A stretch of 64,000 bases of DNA from Vermamoeba vermiformis. Taxonomy: Eukaryota. Location of the stretch: positions 558,001 to 622,000 of the forward strand of contig JBEWZL010000179.1 of assembly GCA_045837725.1 (NCBI GenBank). The letters are read 5' to 3'. Position numbers and translations under genes: made by a program. Below, piece by piece: positions 56,501 to 64,000 of the stretch (positions within the stretch are counted from its first letter, which is position 1; each line of letters starts with the position of its first letter). The notes beneath the pieces are model-generated. The model did not search any database. It worked only from the letters and a program-made list of their open reading frames with translations, and was not told the DNA's origin.

Positions 56501-57031
56501 AGTAACTCGTTAACACGTGACTAAATCCCCGAAATTTCACAGAAACCTGATAAGCGACGAAAATCATCGCTTGGCGGCAAGAGAAAGACCGACACTCCTG
56601 CAAAGAGTCCAGAGCCTAAGAACAATAATAATGTTGAAACGCCTTCGAAGACTGGCAGTGCCAAGAAACCGAAGACTAGTAACGCTAAACCACTCAAAAA
56701 TTCGACCAAGAACACACCTGCCACGACACCAACCAAGCCTACTCAGCCCACAGTGACAACTTCGGCCTCGCCCACTAAGCCTGTAGTCGCTCCGACCGCT
56801 GCACCGAGCAACACTAACGCACCAAAGGTCGATGTCTCGATGATGATGAAAGCGGATCTGAACAACATTCCTGCTGGCTATCCACCTGCCCCTGTCAAAC
56901 CAGTGCTTAAGCCCGGTGCTTCGAATGAAGAGTACAAAGCGTACATGGTGCAAAAGTACGAGTACGAAGAGTGGGAGAACAGATTGTTGTTGGTGCAACG
57001 AAAGATTGCGCAAGGCTTGCCCTGGCAATAA
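53592..57031 (+). CDS. Uncharacterised protein: N-myristoylation-type start, long helical region, Pro/Thr-rich C-terminal region
   Basis: MGGKSSKGKRQ start; about 11 exons with GT-AG boundaries and coding-like composition; PEPEPEPE tract; ends AQGLPWQ. Confidence 0.7.
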
Positions 57032-57355
57032 GTGCGAATGGGTATTGTAGCGTTGTGTGTTTTAATTTATTTATAAATTGTATTTTTTGAAACTTGAAAG
57101 ATGTTATGCGCGAAGTTGTCGACTTTTTTGCCGGATCTTCGCACATACTAGTACTAAAATCTTCCCTTAGACAGGGATTCTTAAAAGAATGAGATTCCAC
57201 CGTTTGACCAAATGGTGTCAAACAATTTACTTGAAATAATTCTATTCTTGGTACAAGTTTCCTTCTAGAGCCCGAAATCTTTACGGCAGTTATTTTCCTG
57301 CCTTTCCTTCATAGAACACTACGCGATCGTAAATTAACTTTGACGGCGCTTCAAA

Positions 57356-58964
57356 ATGCGAATGAAGGACGTAGCTTTGGCGCTGCTATTCTCGCAGGTA
57401 GTTTTGTGTGGTAAGCAAATCCAACATCAATTGAAAAAATCGAATTTCGTATTATTACGAAAGCTTAATTTATAAATAATAGTTACGCAGCTAACTAAGC
57501 TGCAATTTCTATTAATACTATTTTATATTTATTTTTCCATTTTTAATATTTTTAATATTTCCTTAGGATTTGTAGCAGGAGGTCTGTTACAACAAGATCC
57601 GATATTAGAAACACTGCTGAAAATTACGGAAATGGAAACAACGGCCAGATTGCTTTACATACACAATTGACCAGATGCGCAAAATTGCTGATAATTACAA
57701 CCAAGGAGATTACCCTCATTTTGATAGCTTTAAAAATGACGATATTCGATTACAAATTCGCAAAAATGTGTTGTCGATGTGCGATCAAATGCTTATTCTA
57801 TCAAACAGTGGATAGTAAGTCGATCAGATCCGATCCAATCAACTTATTTTGGTTCAGCGAAACTGCTCCGGGGCGAATAACAGATTTAAGACAATACAAT
57901 CGATTTATTTAGACGATGAAGTGTTTAACGCGAGAAGAATTCCAAAGTATCATCACGCAACCACATCCATCAAGCACGTAAAGCAAATTTTAGAGAGCAA
58001 GAAAATTAAGGCTAATCCCGCCGTTCTTTATGGCGCCTGGACGTCTAGTTGTAAGTAATGAAATTTCCGGATCTATCTATCGACTATTGGTCGGCTTGTA
58101 ATTTATTTAATGCAGAAGATCTTTTCTTTCAGTCACTTAATTTCATATTTATAGGTTTCTATTATACCCAATGGCTATTTGCATTTTCATCGGAGCTAGA
58201 ATTGCCAGTATCAGAAGTTTCTAAGGAAAGTCATAACAGTGTAACTTGTTGGGAACTCGGACGATTGCACGACAGTACGTAGCTATACATTTAATAGTAT
58301 TTTATTAATATTATTGAAGTCGTATTTTGGAATACTAGCATTGAATTGGTTGCCTGGGCCGTTCCTGCTGACCAAATGAACGAAACTTTGGCCTACATCC
58401 AGACTCTCGACAACTCAACTTCCAGTTACTATTCTAAAATAGGATTAACTAACGATCAAATGATATTAGAACGACATTTGATTACTTTGGCGCAGATTTA
58501 TTCCTCAGATCGAGCCAACGCGTGAGCAGAATAAAGATCTAACCTTGTACAAAATTGACTAATGAAATGCCATTATTAGGTTCCTAAGTCGTGCATTGGC
58601 TGTTAATACCACTTTGTATTCTCTAGGTGCAAACTGCTCTTTAGGAGAAGGTATAAATGTTGCATAAAATTTCCAGTACAAAAGAAAAAAATTAAATATT
58701 TATTAATTTTATTGAACAGTTGTGGCATACGAAGATCTAGATAATCCCTTTCAACTGAGATATGGAGTGTGTACGAATAACACCAGCCAAGATATGCTTC
58801 CAGTATTGAATTACAATGCGGTCACCAGATCCAACAAGATCTCTATGCGAGCGCGGTCAACAGTTCAAACGACCAATATGCTCCTCAAGGATTTATCTGC
58901 AGTTAATGATGCTATGAAAATGGTGCAACAAATTGTGGACGGGCAACTAGTCACAAAACTTTAG
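57356..58964 (+). other. Uncharacterised, probably secreted protein gene with frame disruption(s) in exon 2 (pseudogene or sequence error)
   Basis: Signal-like MRMKDVALALLFSQVVLCG and several GT-AG-bounded exons. Exon 2 (57568-57815) cannot be read through in a single frame that joins both neighbouring exons. Confidence 0.5.
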
Positions 58965-59177
58965 CTGCGGCCGGTATAATTTTTTAAGTACCTTAACGAC
59001 CCTAAAATTCTTATTATCGTTCTTATATGATCATTTTTATATGCTTATTCTTATTATTTATTGATGGAAATAATTTAATTTCGAAATTAACGCCGATGGA
59101 TACTCATCCGAAAAGATCTGGTCATGATTTATTACTCTACATACTAAGACACTACATTATATGCACTCATCACTATC

Positions 59178-59988
59178 TTAACAAACTGTACGAACCATAT
59201 CCATGCCACGAGAATAACTGCAATTATTTCCAGCAGGTACTGGAAATGTCAATTGAGATCCGTTCGCTAACTGAACAAAGATCCAAAACGGTTTTGATTG
59301 TAAAAAGCCGCTCACTCCCATACGAAATTCTTCGCGGTGGCAATTCGTGCTGACGAGATCCACTTCTGATTTGTCGTTGTACATCTGAGCTTGCGCGTTC
59401 GTCCAAAAGTCTGCGTATTTGATCGTCATATTAAACAGTAAGTTGCCCGAAGTGACTGCAAGTAAGTAAGAATTAATGCATATATATATTAAGTCTGTAT
59501 CAGATCCGCTTCAAAGTTTTTACGTACCGGATGCGAAAACATTTTGGATATTGACCCATTTAACGTCTGGTACACTTCGTAACACCGTGAATGGAATGTT
59601 CGCTGAGATCGCCGTAAATTCGTAACTATGACCTGTTGAAAGTTCGACCAAGTAGCCGTCAATCTCCGTCTGAGTAAAGGCATTGCCAGCCTCTGTTTAT
59701 TAAAATTAGCCATAATTCTATCGAAAAGCGGAAATTTATTGTCGGATCCGTACGAGTAACTATGAGATTTATGAGGATCTGCTTATCTATTGTAAACGAC
59801 AGCTGCCAATGGTTCGTAGTATCGGTCACGTTCAAAAAGTTGTTCTGGGTTTGGGGCGGCCAAGCTGGAAATACGAAGAACTCGCCAAAAGACGATGCCA
59901 CTTGAGCACCAGATTGCTCCGTATCAGCTCGGACTAGCGCTAATAAGGCCACGCAAGTAGCGAAAAAAATTAAGTGAGATCTGGTCAT
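59178..59988 (-). CDS. Orphan secreted protein, family X copy 1
   Basis: Signal peptide MTRSHLIFFATCVALLALVRA, two introns, paralog of 61439-62211 (shared LRSVPDVKWVNIQN, YADFWTNAQA, GFLQSKPFW). Confidence 0.85.
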
Positions 59989-60330
59989 TATCAATAACAC
60001 GGTAATTGAATAGTAAACTTTTAACCCCAAAAGAGCATGATAAAGTACTCATAACTGAAATTTCCCCTTTCTAACGACGTTTTGATTTAGAAATTTTGCC
60101 TGCATCCGTCAACCGGAAGAGTTTTCGGTCGCTTGTTCAAACAAAACGGGTTTATCCGTCCGAAAGCCCTTCATTAGTCTAAATGTGAAGTGATTCGCTC
60201 ATCTAAGCGCGATATTTCTCCATTTAGTTCGATTAATTGAATGCCGTAGTTCTCGGCGGGATCAGATCGGAAAATTATTTAAAGAGTTGGAATCACTATT
60301 CTATTCTCATGCAACGACAAGAACGCAACG

Positions 60331-61181
60331 ATGAAGCTTTTGGTAGGATTATTACCGCTTCTAGGCTTATTTTGCGCGTGCCTGGCCAACGGAACAGATC
60401 CTTGCGCGAATCCCGCAAACCTTAACCAGATAATCAACTATCGAGAGACTACAGACCTTATTGAACATCTTTCTCTCTCCAATGTATTTAATATAACCGA
60501 TACAAGTGGCTGCTGCGTTCTCGAGAACTCTGTTTTAGTATTCTCTCAGAATAACAGACCTCGCTGTAAGTCCTATTGCGTTTATTTAATCATTAAGAAT
60601 TGACCAATACTATATTAGTGGGAGATGTGGCATTCCAAGTCGGTTGGCAAGCAAGGCTTTTCAATGTTTGTAATGGATCTGCAGATCCAAATCCGCTTTT
60701 GGTCTCCGTCCGATATCTACAGAATAACACTATCAATTTGGAAGTAAACGCTGATGATCAAACGACTAGTCTTGCTCCGTTTACTGCTCGTGGTAAGGAT
60801 GAAATCTTATTCTTTAGTATGGCAGATCCGTCGACTTACCGAATTACTATAGGAGAATTGCAATTAGCGAATACTACGGCTGTTAAACAATTCAATCTTG
60901 TAACAAAAAATAACTACGTATTCTCGCCTAGCGCCAAACCCTCCGCCCAGTTCCAAAGCGATTCAATCATAACTTTTTACTTCTCAGAACCCAATTGTCT
61001 TATACGCAGAAGACAAACAATATTACAAAGGACTGTTTACTCGCCGTTAATCGAGTTTTCTTTGGAAATTCTGAGCGGATCGACGATCCATTTTAGTTTA
61101 CCACCGCAGACGGCTTTTCTTGCCGATTATGAGCAAACCAAGTATTTCTTAGAACATTGTACTTGTTCTGTATCATTTTAG
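60331..61181 (+). CDS. Orphan secreted protein, family Y copy 1
   Basis: Signal peptide MKLLVGLLPLLGLFCACLA, two introns, paralog of 62576-63430 (shared DPC.N.AN, QNNRPR, VKQFNLVTKN, EHCTC). Confidence 0.85.
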
Positions 61182-61438
61182 TTAGAGATCTTTAAAAATA
61201 AACTCGAGAATAGTTAGATCCGGGACTGGCATTAAAATATTTGTACCGTTCTTGTCATCTTAACCAGGCCTAAAGCTTATAGTTAATAAGATAATAGTAA
61301 TCTGCATTATTTTGGTCATAAAAGTGTACAGCTTTGTCAAAAAAATGAAACCGAAGATTAATGTAGTTTACTGACCGTAGAAGCGGACAATTACGCGTAG
61401 TTAGTATTATTTATTTATTAAAAAAATCTGAAATGAAA

Positions 61439-62211
61439 TCAATTGCACACTGTACGGATCAGTTCCATGCTACGAGAATAGCTGCAATTATAGCCTGCTG
61501 GTACTGGGAACGTCAATCTTGGCCCATTGTACAACTGCAAGACAATCCAAAAAGGCTTTGATTGTAAAAATCCACCGGTTATCGAGCGGAAGTCGTCTCT
61601 GGTACAATTGCCTAGTTGATCTACCGCTTTATCGTTTTCCATCGAAGCTTGCGCGTTCGTCCAAAAGTCGGCGTAGTTAATGGTAAAGTTAAAATCAATG
61701 CTTCCAGGAACTGCATTACTAAATTAGAAATATATTTTTATTTTTATCATAAGACGTACCACGAACGAAAATATTTTGAATGTTGACCCATTTAACGTCT
61801 GGAACACTTCTTAACCACGTAAACGGAATGTCCGATAAAAATCCACCGAACTCGAAACTGTTCCCAGTCGTCAACTGTTCTAAATATCCGCTAATTCGTA
61901 TTACATTGTTTGTATTGCCGCTCTCTGCCACGATTAAGCATTAGTTGGGCGTAAGTCATGAGAGGTAGAAAATACAAACCTTGAACGGCCAAACTCATGC
62001 TAATCCCTTTATTCTGATTAAAGGATAACTTCCAATTGTTTGTTGTGTCCGTAATGTTTAACCAGCTGCCTGCAGTGGCCCAGATCGGAAAATAGAAATC
62101 TTCGTTGTAAGTCGATATCACTTCCGATTCGGATTGTTCGATAACTGCTGCCAGTATGATACCGACTAGCGCCAAATAGGCAGCCAATGCTCTGGGAGAT
62201 GATCTTTTCAT
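61439..62211 (-). CDS. Orphan secreted protein, family X copy 2
   Basis: MKRSSPRALAAYLALVGIILA; same two intron positions and motifs as copy 1. Confidence 0.85.
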
Positions 62212-62575
62212 TGTTACTATGAAAGCAATAATTACGATAAAAACCGAAACTTTTATGTCTTGCATTGATTGACAAATCAGGATTTGAGCCGATTTCAAGA
62301 CAAGACAGGTAGATTTTGTAGTAATTTGACATAAGAATTACGAGTAATTCGAAGATAGAACTAGCTATCGTAAATTTCAGCCACTTACTTCGGACTCACT
62401 CTATAATATATTAAATTTGCCGGCATTCTTTATCAAAATTGCGTTTGATATTATGTGCTAAAGAAATACACTTGAATTTTTTGCAATTTCCAACGGTATT
62501 GCTCCAGCGGTTGGAACGGGTTAGGGTATAAAAATTCGGATCAGACTTACAAATTAACCGAATCATAAGACTACA

Positions 62576-63430
62576 ATGAAGTGCCTAAATTTCTTGCTTA
62601 TAATTGCGCTGGTCCACTTGTGTCGCGCGAACGGATCTGATCCGTGTATAAACGCGGCAAATCCAGACCAGATCATAGAGTTTCGATACACGGAAGACGT
62701 CAGTGACTATCTTGGGCTAGATGGCGTGCGCAATGTGACCGATTCAACTGGCTGCCAAATCTTAGAGATTGACAGTATGTTTTTTACGCAGAATAATAGG
62801 CCACGCTGTAAGTGTTAATAATACTCTCGCATTTTGAGTCGTAATTAATTTACCGAGATTAGTTTTTGAAACGTTCTTTGCTGTTACTTTGAACGGAAGA
62901 CTCTTCGATATTTGTGGATCACAATCCAGTCCGCTCTCAGTTTCCGTGCGCCCAGCACGACTTAACGCCACAAAATTAGAAGTCAATGCCATCGACCAAA
63001 CCGCTATCCTTGGCCCTTTTGTGGTTCCAGGTCAGTTAAATTCATCGATCCGCATTTTTGAAAAAAAATTCGTGGAATTCTAATCTTAATAATTTTAGGG
63101 GGCCTAGAACTAGCAAACAATACGATCGTTAAACAATTCAATTTGGTGACCAAAAATACCTACATATTCTCGCCAATTTCCGAGCCAACCAACGCGTTCC
63201 AAAGCGACACAATAGCACCGTATTATTTCCAGGAACCGACTTGCACATCACGCCGCAGACTAACTGGGATGCTAAGAAGTGTTTCGTCACCGTTATTCGA
63301 GTTCTCTATCGAAATTTCCGGTGGACCGACGTATTTCTTTAGTTTGCCGGCAGGCACTAAATTTCAATCGTCATTCCAGCAGACCAAGTTTTTCTACGAG
63401 CACTGTACTTGCAGGACCTCAAGCGGATAA
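62576..63430 (+). CDS. Orphan secreted protein, family Y copy 2
   Basis: MKCLNFLLIIALVHLCRA; same intron positions and motifs as copy 1. TATA-like TATAAAA at ~62527. Confidence 0.85.
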
Positions 63431-63592
63431 ACTAGCCAGAAAATCTCGTCAAAATTTCAATTATCGCCATATAATAAATAGCTATTTTTCTTCGTGATCG
63501 AATTAAAACTTCATTATATTAAACAGCTTTAATTTCAACAATGTAGTTTAATGTACTTAATGTACGTACTTAATTGCGCCATTTATCAACGC

Positions 63593-64000
63593 TTATTTCT
63601 TCTTGTAATGAAAGTTAGGCTTCTCAGCTTTCCACCACTCGCGCATGAACTCTTCGCATTCTTTACGAGTGCCGGTTGGGTGCCTGAATTGCCAATCTAA
63701 TAGCGTTGAATTTAAGTAGCCCGCAACTGGACCGGAGGTCTCTCCGAGAATGTACAACAGTTCGTGGGTCTGAAAAAGTAATTATTAATGTTGGATCCGG
63801 TTCATTCGGCCAAAAGTATCCTTACTCTAATTAATGGCTCTACTTCAAATGCGCTCATGAGGGTCTTGTTTTCCAGGTAATTCGTCAGCAAGTCAAATCT
63901 CGCCTTAATCTCCGGATCTATCGTCAAATCAAATTCGACTTCATTTTCATCTTCAAACCGTGCCTTTAACTTTGATAATGTCTGTACTATTTGCGCTATC
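63593..64000 (-). CDS. 3' end of a probable CCA-adding tRNA nucleotidyltransferase-like gene (partial)
   Basis: EPLIR/THELLYILGETSGPVAGYLNSTLLDWQFRHPTGTRKECEEFM resembles the class II CCA enzyme tail (PL..G.e....l...GP.......WQ..HP). The catalytic domain lies outside the window. Confidence 0.6.

Overview
Gene-dense, AT-rich eukaryotic DNA with many short GT-AG introns and the standard genetic code. It looks protist-like, and Amoebozoa is plausible but cannot be shown from this window. About 23 genes plus 3 gene remnants can be reconstructed: M13 peptidase, SRR1, RhoGAP, ABCC transporter, F-box protein, MFS transporter, WDR13-like WD40, membrane-anchored bacterial-type alpha/beta hydrolase, SHOCT-fused Ubc9-like protein lacking the catalytic Cys, SnoaL-like secreted protein, Kelch-ectodomain receptor kinase, SRPK, Rab32-like GTPase, zinc-finger/PQGY-repeat protein, DUF2207-like protein, CWC15, a CCA-enzyme-like 3' end and several orphans. 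Two regions stand out. (1) At 15.3-34.7 kb, a tandem duplication has left one decayed copy of each housekeeping gene. Both copies keep a Crinkler-like P-loop NTPase + PD-(D/E)xK nuclease gene. These two genes are far more diverged than their flanks, sit in a sharply bounded variable cassette, and are strongly CpG-depleted in a CpG-rich neighbourhood. (2) At 59.2-63.4 kb there is a tandemly duplicated head-to-head pair of orphan secreted proteins whose two partners look distantly homologous. Gene coordinates are hand-spliced spans from start codon to stop codon, including introns. All counts were made by eye.
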